DNA of 63,071 nucleotides, counting the filler, from Lenisia limosa (taxonomy: Eukaryota > Protista > Breviatea): assembly GCA_001655205.1 (NCBI GenBank). It is 13 parts of 13 records of this genome, joined end to end, with 100 filler letters (N's around TTAATTAATTAA, not from the genome) between each part and the next. Parts side by side here need not be neighbours in the genome. Positions count along the whole stretch, not along the records: positions 18,431 to 20,734 come from LPNZ01001638.1; positions 20,835 to 32,458 come from LPNZ01000459.1; 11 more parts are not named here. One strand, given 5' to 3'. A model generated the notes under the pieces. The model ran no database searches, had not been told where the DNA came from, and worked only from the letters and a program-made list of their open reading frames with translations. A program made the translations under genes and the position numbers. Position 1 is the stretch's first letter, and the number at the start of each line of letters is the position of its first letter. Positions 18,499 to 32,558 of the stretch are shown here, in pieces.

Positions 18499-20540
18499 GC
18501 TCATGGCAGTTTTCTTTGGCTATTACCGGTAACAACCTCGAACATACCAAAGTGGGTTTCGGCTGTTTTCTCCGAAAAGTGGACTGCTTCTGTCTTCCTG
18601 TTTCTTGTCTTCTTTGTCTTTCTTTTTTGAGCAGATATTGTGTTTTTTCAGTGTTGACCATTACAAATGACCAGACAACAAACAAAGGAGGCCAAACAAG
18701 GTTTTATTTTACATATGATATATAATATAGTATATATTACTTTACTATACATATTTGTATAGCGATATTGATATCCATATCAGAGTGCATATACATGTAC
18801 AGATAACAATTTTGTGATAGCTTACCCCCCTTTTATTAACTACAATAGCTGGATGCTGTCGACACTTGCGAAAATGACAAGACTTGGGGTTATCAATGTG
18901 GTATGACACAATCAAATATATTGTTCCATCTTCCTTTGTTGACCATTTTCATTCATTGGGCTTTTGCTTCATCTTTGACCTTATTTCCCAAGTGTTTCTC
19001 GCAAACAGTCAACGAATTTCCAAATTTACTCCACCAGAACGCTATTACTGCCCCAAAAAGCACTGTGGTGGAGTTGGCAAGTTGAAGGAAGATTGCTCGT
19101 GCCAATGCAATGAACTCTTTTCGGGTTTGTGGTGGTTAAGTAAGCCATTTTTTGGTTGCTGATAATTAAGTCATTTTTTGGTTGTTGATAATTAAGCCAT
19201 TTTTTGGTTGTTGATAATTAAGCCATTTTTGTGGGGGTTTCATCAACTATTTCGGGTTGGTTGCAAAGAGTTTAATTCTGAGACTGTTAATAAAATCAAT
19301 ATTTGAACAACTTCATCCAGATAATTTTCTAACAACTATCAATGGCAAATATATTAAATTACATATAATACAAATAATATATTATATATAATTATATTTG
19401 TGGCAACTTCTGACCTACCCAGGCCCGAAATGTGAAGTGGTAGACATGACCCCCAGATGCAAACATGGGAAACGTAAGAGGATTATTATTGTTAACCTGA
19501 TAGCAATAAGTTCTGACAAAGATATGAGCGTTATCATGGGTATCGAGTCAGGACTTATCGCGGTCACCTTGTGAACATCAAGATCTATCTCTAAGTTATA
19601 ACTCACTTCCGGGAGTTGACATGATTCAAAGATGGCGAGTAACGCTGAAAGCTCTGTGCACAGAGTATTAGGGCAAATGATTGGGTGAATTGATATAGAA
19701 TATGCAATATTTCTTATTAGCGTGGTGTTGTGGACGGCTTCGGCCAGATACTGTATTCCAGTATCTCTTATAATCGTGATGGTGTGATCAGTATATCTTA
19801 TAAGCGTGGTGATGTGTACGGCTTCGGTGAATCAATGATGACGAAGACTAATTAGCCCAGCAATGAAACTGAAAGATACCCTTGATACGATCTGCCAGTG
19901 TGAACCTGGCCACTACGGAATCCTCTGTGATAACAACCCTGATGATAGGTTTGCCAAATGTCTGTCTATACCTCTGCCCTTTTCTACTTGTTCTTGTTCT
20001 TGTTATTGTTCTTTTTCCTTTTATCTTTCCTCTTTTGTTCGGTTGTTTGCTCGGTGTGATTTATGTATACTCGCTATTTCTTCCAAGCTGATGGTAAAGA
20101 ACAAATAGAAATATTACCTTAACAGTTTTTTTTTTTCGAAAAATATTAGATGAATGTATTTATTAGTTAGAAAGGGGATGAAAAAACTGTTGTACAGACA
20201 TTATTAACAATGTAAACAAAACATCAAGAGAAGGCCTCGTTTTGACCTTTTAGAATCACCTACTTTGGCTTTGCGAACCCCCTCAATATTGAAATTCCAG
20301 TAAGATGAAGGATATTTGAGGGTTGATGATTTTTGAGACCATATGCAGCATATTTCTCTCATAACGTGATGGAATGCGGTGCTGCAGAAGCGANNNNNNN
20401 NNNNNNNNNNNNNNNNNNNATAATTTTTTTTGTTTCATTAATTTCCCAATTTTACTCCTCCCCCCCCCCTCCCTCCAGGATACGGGAAGAGACCACATGA
20501 TGTTCATGTTTAACGGACCGAAAAATATGAAGGTAGTGAC
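18499..20540 (+). CDS. Multi-exon extracellular protein with EGF-like repeats (partial)
   Basis: YYCPKKHCGGVG / EDCSCQCNELFSG and TICQCEPGHYGILCDNNPDD cysteine patterns. Confidence 0.65.
19648..19830 (+). repeat. Dispersed repeat family 2 (motif A plus two motif B copies)
   Basis: A: aaagctctgtgcacagagtattagggcaaatgattgggtgaatt; B: agcgtggtgttgtggacggcttcggccagatac; related copies at 11220, 17763, 43926, 47412(-), 47934(-), 50422-50660, 51934, 57347. Confidence 0.8.
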
Positions 20541-21859
20541 AACTTGGCGGTGACAGAAATGACTAGATTATCATTTGATCCTCCGATAAATATCGATATT
20601 TCACCTGTCGTTTTGGGAGCTGAAGCCCTAGAGTACCTGGTAATTGCCTTTTTTAATATGATATTTCAATGATTTAAGGCGACCCCCCTGAGTGCGAATT
20701 CCAACCTGAGTGCGAATTCCAACCTGAGTGCGAANNNNNNNNNNNNNNNNNNNNNNNNNNNNNNNNNNNNNNNNNNNNTTAATTAATTAANNNNNNNNNN
20801 NNNNNNNNNNNNNNNNNNNNNNNNNNNNNNNNNNAGGAAAATGGAAGAGAAAAGACTATAGTGAAAGGTTCAGTAGAGGTAAAGGATTGCTGTTCTGTTT
20901 GCTGAAATGTGATTCCATTTTTTTACCTTCTAGGAAGCATGAATTGCATATCCTGAAGGAATCGCTAAAAAGGAAGCGAGTCACTAAGGTTTGTTTTTGA
21001 TTTCCTTCTTGTTTTGTGTACTGGAACAGTGGCCGGTTTCCCTGGAATCGGTCAAGGCTTACCACGATCACTATATGTAACATATCGATATATATCATAT
21101 ACGTATATTATGAAAATATACACTGACTGAGATAAGTGCACACGGATATTGAGCTTTTCCTTAGTAAATCGGGGGGGGGGGGGNNNNNNNNNNNNNNNNN
21201 NNNNNNNNNNNNNNNNNNNNNNNNNNNNNNNNNNNNNNNNNNNNNNNNNNNNNNNNNNNNNNNNNNNNNNNNNNNNNNNNNNNNNNNNNNCAACAGACAG
21301 CGCTACGTTATAATTAACCGCTTTTCCAGAGCGACTGTCTCTCCAAGGTCAGGGGCAGCATAATGGTTGATGGATTCTTGAAGCAAGATGCACGATTTCT
21401 GAATCACTGCCCCGGGTATGCTGGCAGTACTGAAAATACTCTCAGGAAGAATGTTGTCAAACCAATCAGTGGTTTATGTGTGCAAATGATGTAACTTTAA
21501 TAGCATAAGGGACGAGGGGCATATTGACTACGATTTACGATACTCACAATACTCATTTTCTCATTTTGTAACACATCATTATAGTTTGTATCTGATATAT
21601 TTTAGCAAAAGTATACATAATCAGCAAACATCCTTGAATTTTTAGTTAAAAGAAGCTTGGAGTTTTATAAAAAATATATCAGGTTATCTCAGAATTCTTA
21701 ACATTTGCCTTTTGTTGCGCTTGCAACCAATAGGGATTCATATTTTGGTCAGTACTTATATGTCTAATAAATTGTGTTTTCTCTTCTGGCTTTTCTCTAT
21801 TTTTGAATTATTTTTTGATTACTTTCTTAGAAATACCTCACGGTTGCATTGGAGGTCAG

Positions 21860-22600
21860 ATCTGCAGAACTAACACACAGTCTGATCGGCTACATCGCAA
21901 AACGCCACGATACGAGGACAATCAATATTTCTTTCAGGTTGGGTGAGGGTGGGGGAGGTAAAGTGCACACTTTTTGGTTAGGTATTGCAGGTGGAAGATT
22001 GCTGAATTTTTAAGACCTCAATATAATTCTCAATAATCAATTTTGTTAAAAATTGCTTCTTTCCAGTCATTGTGTAAAATGGATTTGATTGCGGATTTCT
22101 TGAATGGCTACAAGCGTTCGCATTCATGGCTTTTACTAGTAGTTGTAGTCCATTTTGCACTGGACTCTGTTGTTTCACAGCCTACAGACTGAGGAGGTAA
22201 ACAGCAAAAGCAATTACACATACCTTCAAATTGCTACTTTCCTCGACAATGTTGAGCTCGTTGAACTTCTCCTCCCACTATCTTCTCACATGGTTGAGGG
22301 GGGGGTCGTTTCTGAAAGAAAATTGGATGCTGTACCTTTGGATGCTGTACCTTTGGATGATTTTTAGATCTTTCACATACAAAGTAACATGATCCACAAT
22401 CTCAGTCATGAAATTTAATCTATAACATATTTTGAAAGTTGGGAAGTTATTACAAATAAACCAGATAACAACACAGTGAAAAGTAATGATGAGATGAAAC
22501 CTTGACACTTGTTTAGAATAAGAAGAATGCCGTTCAGTTGGCGGCAGAATTGGGCCACATTGAGGTTCTTGAGACTATCTTCCTCGAAACCCCCCCCCCC
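21860..22600 (+). CDS. Ankyrin-repeat protein exons (partial)
   Basis: YTYLQIATFLDNVELVELLL and KNAVQLAAELGHIEVLETIF fit the ankyrin consensus. Confidence 0.6.
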
Positions 22601-24320
22601 CAGNNNNNNNNNNNNNNNNNNNNNNNNNNNNNNNNNNNNNNNNNNNNNNNNNNNNNNTTTCCATTTAAGCTTAAATTATCGAAGCATATTTTTAATATGT
22701 GATCACCCATTCGTACGAATGTCTTTAGGCAAAACTGCTTAGTCAAGACATCAGTATTTAAGGTACAAAAACGGAAAAATCTTGAAACTAATACTTGGCA
22801 TCCTCCTCAAATCTGATTCTCAAAAAGCAATGATCTGTCCGAAAGTACCACCTAATACTGGGTGTCACACATGAACAGAGTTATAAGCCATTTTTTGCTA
22901 TAAATTGGCAGCTATCATATCACTTTTTGGATCATTTTCAAATGTGTGACTATCATTTTCCACGCAGTGATATGATATGATACCTCATATCCACTCTTAT
23001 GATAATTGACCGACAAGTCTCAATGATACTCTGATACACTCGGGATGAACCCTCGTATTATCTTCATTCATCATTTCCACTCGAAAGTCGGTTATATGAT
23101 CATATCACTTGTGGAGATGGGTTAGCATATTCAGTATTCTTTACAACATTTTTAGCATGACATCTTGAAAGTCTGATAAAATACAATCGTTTCATTTCTT
23201 ATCGGCACTCTTGATATTGTTACTTCAAGATAACATATGATATATAAATTCATATTTGTTTAGCTGCAATAAAAGGGTTTGTATCAATAACATAACATAA
23301 TTGCCAGGGGGCTGTAATATTTTTACCTCTTCAATAGCCCCGTTTGTATTGGTAATAATTAAGAATAATCGAATAACAATGACGTGATACACCCATGAAC
23401 GAGTTAAGAGCATGAACCGGAATCTGCCAGAGGATTACGTTCTATTTTTGGAGTAGTTGTTACACATTGCAGGTGATTTTTGAGAAAAGGAAAATAAGTG
23501 GTAAGCATTCCTACATATGAGATAATGAATGCCATTATTATCTAAACTGCATTCTGCTTTGCGTTATTTGCTTCATCATCTTGCTAGCATCATTGTTGCT
23601 GTCTTCACTGACTGAGAAAAGAACATGAAAGAGTAAGTGGATGATTTAACGCCAAACTATTTACAGTCTCATCAATGTCACAAGTTTTGTTGATCCAAAT
23701 TCCAGAGTTTTATTTTTAGTGTTATTTTCGTCTCTAATAGTCTTACTACTGCGTACTCATCTTCTGTAGATGTTCAAATTGTGTACTTAATCTGTTGTTT
23801 CCATGATCTAAGATGTAAATGTTGATGTTTATCTAATTTGTCACCCAGCGTTCGGAATAATCCAATACTTGGCGAAATCGAATGGAGTAGTACTTGGGTC
23901 AGATTTTTTCAAAGAATCATAACAATAACAATTTCAAGTGCGCTGCTCAGAATCAAGCAAGTCCCACCACACCTGCATTGCTGGTTTAGCAAAGGTTGTC
24001 AAAGTGCAAAAACAACAAAGCCCAATTGAGTTGTGTTGTAAGCATTGCCGGAAGTGGAGGCCCCTTGCAGAATATGACACTAAGACAACGATGGTGTATC
24101 ATTGGGATTGCGCAGGGCGCGGACGTAGGGTTCATTTTTGAAAAAAAAATTTGTCGCAAACGCGCAAAATTGACATTAAACGACTGAGACACTGACAAAC
24201 ACACCTGAGGAGGAGGAGAGAAGACAGCAGCAGGACATCAGACACAAGCACGAACAGACCAACAGACCTGATCAAGCAGCAAGAGGAGGGCAAAGTCATT
24301 CCCAAGCTTGAACGTTCATC

Positions 24321-27300
24321 ATGGTCTTCTATTACACTCTGTCCGACAAGGAGTGGGTTTGCTACATGGGTCGTGACAAGGAGGAGAACGAGGACCTCAT
24401 CAAATACTCGTGGCCAGAGGATGTTTGGTGGGGGGGGGGGGAGTAAAACGAAGTTTTTTAGTCTCACCAGAATAGCAAGNNNNNNNNNNNNNNNNNNNNN
24501 NNNNNNNNNNNNNNNNNNNNNNNNNNNNNNNNNNNNNNNNNATGGGTCTAAGGTATTTTGGAGTCAATATTTGGTAGTTGGATTTGGTGGAGGGGAGGGG
24601 AGGTTGAGAGGATTGCTGTGTGTGATGTTTGGTATGAGAGAGCTATGCAAATACAATAGGAACATAATTTGAAGCCAAACTATTATTTCAAAAATGGCAA
24701 AATAGCAAATGATATTTTTTTTTTTTCCCCACTACGAAGGTTTGAACTGAAGTAAATCACACTTTTCTAGGTTTCATGTTGACTCCCTCTCATCTGCTCA
24801 TGTGTACCTGAGAAGACCGTATAACTCCGAATATGAATGGTGAGTCTACCAGAGGTTCATTTCGTTCCTAAGAGGCATTGTCAAAGTTGTATATGACTGA
24901 ATAGCATTTTTATATAATATCATATTGTTTGGTTAGGATATAAAAATATTACCGAGGATTTGTCGAGAATGCACTCTTTTTTTGTCCTCCTTTCCGGCAT
25001 AATATAGGATTGGCGATTCAGCTGACTGCTTAGGAATGATATGCCAGAAGATCTTGTGGAAGAATGTGCTCAAATTGTGAAGGCTAACTCTATCCAAGGT
25101 AAGGGATGAACTATGGAGAAATATCGATACACCGTGTTCGACGCGTAGATATTTAAACCTTTTTGCCGCCGTGAAAGTTTTGAAACTAAAGAATTTGGTT
25201 AAGCATGTTCGACCAACAATCTAAGCTTATCTGGTAACCGTTTTATGTGGCTAGAGTTTGTTGAATGAGTTTCCAACTTCCTTGCTTTGGAAATACTTCA
25301 ACAGGTGAAGAAAGTATAACGAGAAAGTACAGCGAAAGTGGTGTGGAAGAAAGTTGGTAAAAGATAACGCAAGTCTGGGCTGCTCTATTATTTTGTTTTG
25401 TTTCTCTTGGGATACTCTTTTGAGGCCGGTAAATCTGTAAAGGAGAAGCATAAGCGACAATTTGGTCACGGAGAGTCACGTGCAAAGTGTAGATTTCTTA
25501 GCAACCTGGAGAGGTGACCCCCAAATCTAAGCTTATTTTTTTCAAAAAAAATCTAAAAGAAAAGATTTTTTGGTAACAGAAAATCTAACTAAAACCTAAG
25601 AAAAAGCTTCGAATCCCGGGTGGGCGAACGCGAACTGAGTGAACTTTTAGATAGTGTTCATGGAAAATGTCAACCAGTTAATTCCGAATCAACCCTCTTT
25701 ATTGCTCAGGTTGCAAGCTTGCAGACACTACGATTGTCTACACCCCATGCACCAACCTTTTGAAGACTGGAGTTGGTATTTTGTGTTAATGAATGAAGGA
25801 TTCTCTTTCGGTTTCATAAAATGAATATACATATATACTTCTTGATAATTTGTCGAAAATTCAGTCTTTTATTGTGAACCGATAGTGATGGCTCAAATGA
25901 AAAGTAAAACTGTCTTCTTATGGACTCTTTGTCTCTCCTTGCCTACTACTTTTTGAGCGTCCACCAAATAATTCAGCATCCTTCTATACGACATCAACAA
26001 CATCAACACTCCAACACATGAGGTTATCAACATGACCGCTTAGGACATGGTTACTGGCCAAGTTGGCTTCAGGAGACAGAAGCTTGTCAAAAAGGTCCGA
26101 ATCACCAAGGTTTGCGATTTGGGCTTCACTGTTTTTTTTTTCAAAGCCTAGGTGTAGTATAGTAAATATTACTATTTTTCTGTTACGATGTGAAGCCAAG
26201 TTGACCTTCTACATTACCCACCTGGGACTGAACTAGTTTTTTAAGGCTTCACTTTCAGTTCCAAAAATATACATCCTCGATAAATCCTCGATAAATATCG
26301 ATAAATATCGATAATTCATATCACATGGCTTTTCCATAAGTAAGCTTTAGTTTATTAGTATTGTTGATCAATTGTATTTAATATGCATATGATATGCCTA
26401 ATAGAAAATGTGATGGGAATTTATAACTCCCCTGTATTTATCATACTATGTATGATGTTTGCAGCAGTTCTAAATCTCTTAGAACCGTGAGATGATCAAT
26501 AAGTTATCGAAAACGAAAACTGAGATTGACGTCAACTTGAAGTGGGGGGGGGGTTAATCGTCCATTTTTATAGAATTGTTTGATGCTCTTTGATATCGTT
26601 GCTTAATGAGCTTTCAAAATACTCGTTGCTTAATTAGCTTTCAAAATACTCGTTGCTTTCTCAATTGCTCCCAACAATGACCTAGTTCTTGTTGTAAGGA
26701 TGGCTTCGGACAGATACTAAAACTATTTTTACCATTACCTTATTGAAGGTCAGGTTACTGTGTTATTGTTCCGCATAACCTCCCGGGCTGTGTGTTCTGA
26801 ATGGGCGAATCTTTGCATGACAATTTTCATAGTTAAGGGACGAACGCGAAAAGAGGAAACAGAAAGAGCAACGCGAACGTAGTGCCAAGACTCGGCAATT
26901 GGTTGGCTTGGCCTTGGTTACCATCGATATACTAGTGTGAGGTAATCAAGCTGAGGTTATCGAGCAATTTTTGAGGAAAGCAATGGCAGCAAGAAAAATG
27001 TCTTATCCACATACTATCATATAGTACACATTAAGGGATTCATTGATATTAGGGGAATATTGACTCAGCTTGGACTCATATTTTGTTACAAGTATAGTAT
27101 TTGATATGATGTTGAAGATAGCAATCAGTTATTTTGCTGAACTCTATGTTAGAATAGTATTTCTTTTCTCTGTTTACTTGTGCAGGAAAAGGAGAAGAAA
27201 GAGAAGGCAGAAGCCTCGAAACAGCACAAAGAAACAATGAGCTATGATAGAGGTAAGGTGAATTACATATGATATATGGATAAATGATGATGTGGATGCT

Positions 27301-27498
27301 TTTGCCTTTTTTATTTCTCAGTTCAACATATCATATTTTTGATATGACAATCTAACAGATTTTCTTGTGTATTCATGATATTGAATTACTTTTCTTAGAA
27401 TTCATGAGAAGCACTTATTTTTCCTAGTCTTTGTTGAGGACAACATGGTGAGCAACAAGGGTCGCACAGTGGAGGAACTCGAAGATGATTTCATGTAA
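24321..27498 (+). CDS. CCDC25: Coiled-coil domain-containing protein 25 (NFACT-R domain), about 9 exons, complete
   Basis: [52 protein letters not shown]-...[46 protein letters not shown]-...EDDFM*; matches the known CCDC25 motif order. Confidence 0.95.
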
Positions 27499-28229
27499 TC
27501 CTTGAATGTACTTTTGGAACAAGGAGTTGGCAGGCTATCCCATATAGCAACTGGTGGAAACTATATACTATGTCATATATTGATCCCCACACTTGCTAAA
27601 ACTGGCACAATTGTTGGTTATCCGTTTGCTCAAGTGGTGAAGCGAATTCCTAAATTCCTAATATTCAATCAAGTACGTACGTTCTACCTACAAAAGAACC
27701 CCCTTTGAGTCCCTGTGAGGTACAGAGTTAATGCAATATTAACATTGGCGCCAAAACTATGGTTTTAAAAGCGTGGGTTTTGCTAAACAAGTCGGCTTGT
27801 GCTAAAAGTAATATACATTAGTATTCTTTTGTAAATCGTTGACCAGAAGTTTGTAAAGAGCTTAGAAAACGCTTTCATTCTGCCGAGTGAAATATATAAT
27901 AATATACTAGCAAGTTAACGGACGAAGGTGTTGGAGAGTATGAAATTGGAGTTGTCAGGAATCAGGATGTGAATGGCAAAAGGTCAGTATGAATGTTGAT
28001 TCTCTCTCAGTGAGAAACTGACAAAAGGTAGAGAAAGGCGTCAGAGAGATGTGGTTTCATCAAGAGCTAGTGCCTGTGGTCGACTTTATTCAAGCTTCTT
28101 TAGCTCAACTTTCGCTTAACTTTCGCACTTTAGCGGCTGAACCCACTGAACCGCACTGTCCTAACAATAGTCATTCCTGTGGGGATTATACATTCAGCCG
28201 ACGCAAAGCAGCGAGCGAGCCCCTTTAAT

Positions 28230-28860
28230 ACTCTCTCTGGAAATGATGATGATGAGCAAAGTTAAGCAAATTAGAAAAGAGCCAGCAGAAATATTCGGCT
28301 TGCGTCAAAATTTCCATCGGCCAAATAAACTACCAAAACTATTCTGCCACACCAGCCTTCTTTCTGACATATTAGCGCGCCCTCTGGCTATTCAAGGTTA
28401 GTAGTGACTATATTGGAGGAGATATTTAGAATCATATCATATTTGCAGTGTTGACTTAGTGGAGGAAAATTTGTTGCGGACGAATNNNNNNNNNNTGTTT
28501 GAAGTAAGGTTCCCCCCATAAGACACAGCTTACCATGATGTTGTTTGAATAAAGGTTCCCATAAGACACAGCTTACCATGATGTTGTTTGAAGTAAGGTT
28601 CCCATGCGGGATGCCTTTGGAGTGAAGATACTGGATCGCCTGGCCAATCTGAAGCGTAAAATCAAAAAGAAAAATCGGTAAATCATTGATATGATGCCCC
28701 CCCACTTTGATATGATGCCCCGCCCACTTTGATAAGGATAAGAAAAGCCTCCGCGGATCCTGGGTACAGCGGTGCATAGAGCACAGTTTGGCATTTGCTA
28801 GGTACCTGGATTCATAGTTAGAAGGAGCCCCGATATGGGATGAATGAAAACTCTGACTGC
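28230..28860 (-). CDS. Protein-kinase-like exons (degenerate catalytic loop; possible pseudogene)
   Basis: Exon IGQAIQYLHSKGIPHGNLTSNNIM (subdomain VIa/b with HGN in place of HRD); the following exon has a 1-nt indel relative to its paralog at 30261. Confidence 0.55.
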
Positions 28861-28976
28861 GACATCCCACACACGTTATTTCAAAGTTTACAACCACTTT
28901 CCTTCAAACATAATATGTATTTGCATCATGTTTAGGCAAAGTGTGAATAAGACTAAAAATTAGGCATTAGTGTTGG

Positions 28977-29075
28977 TTGGGCTTCACTTCGGTTCGAAAA
29001 GGACAGGTGAAATATCGAGAGTTTTCGAGGATTTATCGAGAAATTCATTCTTTTTCGAACCGAAATGAAGCCCTA
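28977..29075. mobile_element. MITE family 1 copy
   Basis: ttgggcttcacttcggttcgaaaa ... ttttcgaaccgaaatgaagcccta. Confidence 0.85.
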
Positions 29076-29649
29076 AGTGTTGGACAAGTGTTGGGTAATA
29101 AGTGCTAGAAAGCTGAATTAATCCCCTCCGTCCCTAACAACTGACCATAAACACACAAAAACACCCTTAAGACAAATAAACACACAAACACATCCAACAT
29201 TATTATTATCAACCACACAAACAAACTACATCATCAATATCACCTGAACATACCGCATCATCAGCTCCTATCAAATCAAGCAGTCCTGATGTAAGCGCGG
29301 ACCGTAGTGAACATCCATCAACAAATGCTGAGACGTACTATAGTGAAAAGTGAGAACAGCAGCGGATGGGGGGGGGGGGGANNNNNNNNNNNNNNNNNNN
29401 NNNNNNNNNNNNNNNNNNNNNNNNNNNNNNNNNNNNNNNNNNNNNNNNNNNNNNNNNNNNNNNNNNNNNNNNNNNNNNNNNNNNTTCAAAAATCCTATTT
29501 TCGCTCAGAAAAATACCTTAGTATCTGTAAATGATCCACAGAAACAAAATTGTTGTATGAATCAATTCATCAAGTAGCTAACCTGAAAATAACATAAATC
29601 AATTCCAAAGCAACCCATCTTCGGCCTTATTGACAGGAAGAAATGCCTA

Positions 29650-30261
29650 CTGATGGGGGACACGGAGAAACCGCAAGGACGGGATGAAGGTACCGATGCT
29701 GTAAACAAGACACCGCTCGTTGATAATGGATTTTTTCATCTGTCCAATAAGAATCCAGCTGAGAAGGTCAGTGAAGCCCAGCTTCCAAATAACTTTACCT
29801 CGTCCCATTGCTTTAGTACAGCGTTTACCCCGCACCATTGGACATGCTTCAAAGAATTCTATTAAATTTTTAGAAGTGAACGTCTGTAGGAGCTTACCAT
29901 CCCTCAGAAAGGCGATATATGGTTCACCCAAATGCAAGAAAGTAGCTGTGCCTGTCTTGTTGCATAATCCTATTATACCCGAATTATTTCTTCTTTCTTA
30001 TCGCATCTGTATCGCATTCTTCTTGTTTCTTCTCTTCAAAACTGGATCTGTTTGATCAAGTTGTCCTGATTTGCAATTGCAAAAATGCAAGTTCTCCTTT
30101 TGCAATACTCTCTCTAGAAATGATATTGATAAGCAAAGTTAAGCAAAGTAAAAAGACCGGCAGAAATATTCGGCTTGCGTCAAAATTTCCATTGGCAAGT
30201 AAACTACCGTAACCATTCTGCCACGCCAGCCTTCTTTCTGACATATTATCGCGCCCTCTGG
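29650..30261 (-). pseudogene. Partial duplicate of kinase C-lobe exons
   Basis: About 230-bp paralogy between 28250-28486 and 30130-30360; VYLPMEILTQAEY resembles subdomain VIII and RAVSCLQHRYL resembles subdomain XI; no N-lobe exons seen upstream. Confidence 0.4.
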
Positions 30262-30510
30262 CTATTCAAGGTTAGTAGTGACTATATTAGGGGAAATAAT
30301 TAGAATCATATCATATTTGCAGTGTTGACTTAGTGGAGGAAAATTTGTTGCGGACGAATTGGGAAAATTCGATTTTTCCAGCGGAATTTTTGTGGTTTTG
30401 TGAGTATTTAAGTAGAACAATTTCAAAAAAATTCATCCAAATTTTCAAGCTCCTACTATTATTTTTTGAATTTTTACAACAGATTTCTTGACTTATAGTC
30501 TATTTTCACC

Positions 30511-32458
30511 ATGAAGCTCTCAACCCTTTTCTTGTAAGCAAGAGCTTTTGCTCCCCCCCCCCCTTCCCATTGTTCATGGTTCATATTGACACTTTAGCCT
30601 TTCTCTGATCGGAGCCCTTTTCTTCGCTTCCCTCAACCCGGTCCGTGCCTCTTTCATCCGTGGAGATGACGATGTTGACTCAACTTCTGAGGAGGAGGAG
30701 GANNNNNNNNNNAATTCATCCAAATTTTCAAGCTCCTACTATTATTTTTTGAATTTTTACAACAGATNNNNNNNNNNGTTATTTCCGTTTTTAATTATTA
30801 ACTTTTCAGAATACACCTTTGAAATGAAGCCCCACCAAGTTATGGTTGAGATTGAGAAGGAAGGCCCTGACTTTGAGCACTCTCTCGAGTTCAAGATCAA
30901 CAACCAGAAGGGACTCTGTTTGAGGGGTTTCATCTTGTCATTGCTTTGTCATTTGCCATATTTCTTCAAATTGATGCAGTTCCTTTTTGACCGCTTAGAC
31001 GTGAAGATGGAAATTGAGAACGAATCTGGTGAACTTGAAACCGAGACGGAGACTAAGCTCAGGTTAGTGGGGTCCAAACTGTGTTGCAAATCCTCTTGTT
31101 CCCGCTTTGTTGTTCTCCTCTTTCCTCTTTTACCGCATTAGAATGCGTGAGATCATCATTTTCCAGCGCGCTTCTGTTGACGAGATTTACACCCGTAAGC
31201 TTGTTTGATATTTCGCCGAATTGTGTACCAACCCATAATATTCTTTAACCCTTCAGATGGCACCTCTGTCGTTGATGCTACATACGACTTGACNNNNNNN
31301 NNNTTTATTAACTTTTCAGAATACACCTTCGAAATGAAGCCCCACCAAGTTATGGTTGAGATTGAGAAGGAAGGCCCTGACTTTGAGCACTCTCTCGAGT
31401 TCAAGATCAACAACCAGAAGGGACTCTGTTTGAGGGGTTTCATCTTGTCATTGCTTTGTCATTTGCCATATTTCTTCAAATTGATGCAGTTCCTTTTTGA
31501 CCGCTTAGACGTGAAGATGGAAATTGAGAACGAATCTGGTGAACTTGAAACCGAGACGGAGACTAAGCTCAGGTTAGTGGGGTCCAAACTGTGTTGCAAA
31601 TCCTCTTGTTCCCGCTTTGTTGTTCTCCTCTTTCCTCTTTCACCGCATTAGAATGCGTGAGATCATCATTTTCCAGCGCGCTTCTGTTGACGAGACTTAC
31701 ACCCGTAAGCTTGTTTGATATTTCGCCGAATTGTGTACCAACTCATAATATTCTTTAACCCTTCAGATGGCACCTCTGTCGTTGATGCTACATACGACTT
31801 GACCAGCAAGGCCTTCACTGACTTCTCTCAGACGGCTGTTTCCAGCACCGTCACCTCTTTCTCCACTGGCACCACTGATGGTTCGCCTTCTCCTGCTTTC
31901 TGTCGTCTATGATTACCAATGATGATGTTTATTGACTTTACAGACAAGTTTAAGGCTGTCTTCTACGTTACCAACGTTGATACCAAGGAGGGCGAGAACT
32001 ATTTCACTCCCACCTCCGTCAAGTTCGATCTGATTTTCAACTTCAACATCACCGCCAACCAAGGGTATGAAGGCCCCACTTTGTTTTCTCTGCGTTGTAG
32101 TTTCTTTGCATGCTGCTATTGGCATTGCTTACCACTCAGAATTGCCATGCTGTGCAAGATGGATACTGACGTTGAGGTTGAAAACGAGGCTTCTCAGGAG
32201 GCTACGGCCGGCAAGGCGGTTCTCCCCGAGGGCCAGGTACGAACCCGAGTGATGTGTCAATGAGTGGATTTCATGATGGTACCTCTTGTTGAAGTGATAG
32301 TTTTGACAGTTTCAGATCGGTGGTGGAGTCGGCTTCTTCTCTTTTGCAACCAAGGCCAAGGCTGAAGGTGCTGCTAGCTCCGAGCTTGCTGTTGTTGTTT
32401 CCAACACTGTCAAGGACACTGACAAGGACGAGGATGACGAGAAGCGTGAATACTCCAA
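30511..32458 (+). CDS. Secreted acidic, beta-rich protein with signal peptide (3' partial; contains an artefactual duplication)
   Basis: MKLSTLFF|LSLIGALFFASLNPVRASFIRGDDDVDSTSEEEE, then EYTFEMKPHQVMVEIEKEGPDFEHSLEFKINNQKG and DKFKAVFYVTNVDTKEGENYFTPTSVKFDLIFNF. Confidence 0.7.
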
Positions 32459-32558
32459 NNNNNNNNNNNNNNNNNNNNNNNNNNNNNNNNNNNNNNNNNN
32501 NNTTAATTAATTAANNNNNNNNNNNNNNNNNNNNNNNNNNNNNNNNNNNNNNNNNNNN

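Noticed and set aside
25984-26199. Minus-strand ORF inside CCDC25 as a possible nested gene
   Set aside because: It overlaps a genuine plus-strand CCDC25 exon ([13 protein letters not shown]) and is best explained as an antisense shadow.
24321-27498. Possible non-standard genetic code
   Set aside because: Conserved genes (CCDC25, SLC25A11-like, POLD1) translate cleanly with the standard code, and CCDC25 ends in TAA at the expected position.
30797-31800. Tandem duplication of about 510 bp in the secreted-protein gene
   Set aside because: Copies are separated by a 10-N gap and differ by only a few SNPs, typical of uncollapsed haplotypes or negative-gap scaffolding. The same pattern occurs at 30713-30767 and 62455-62580.
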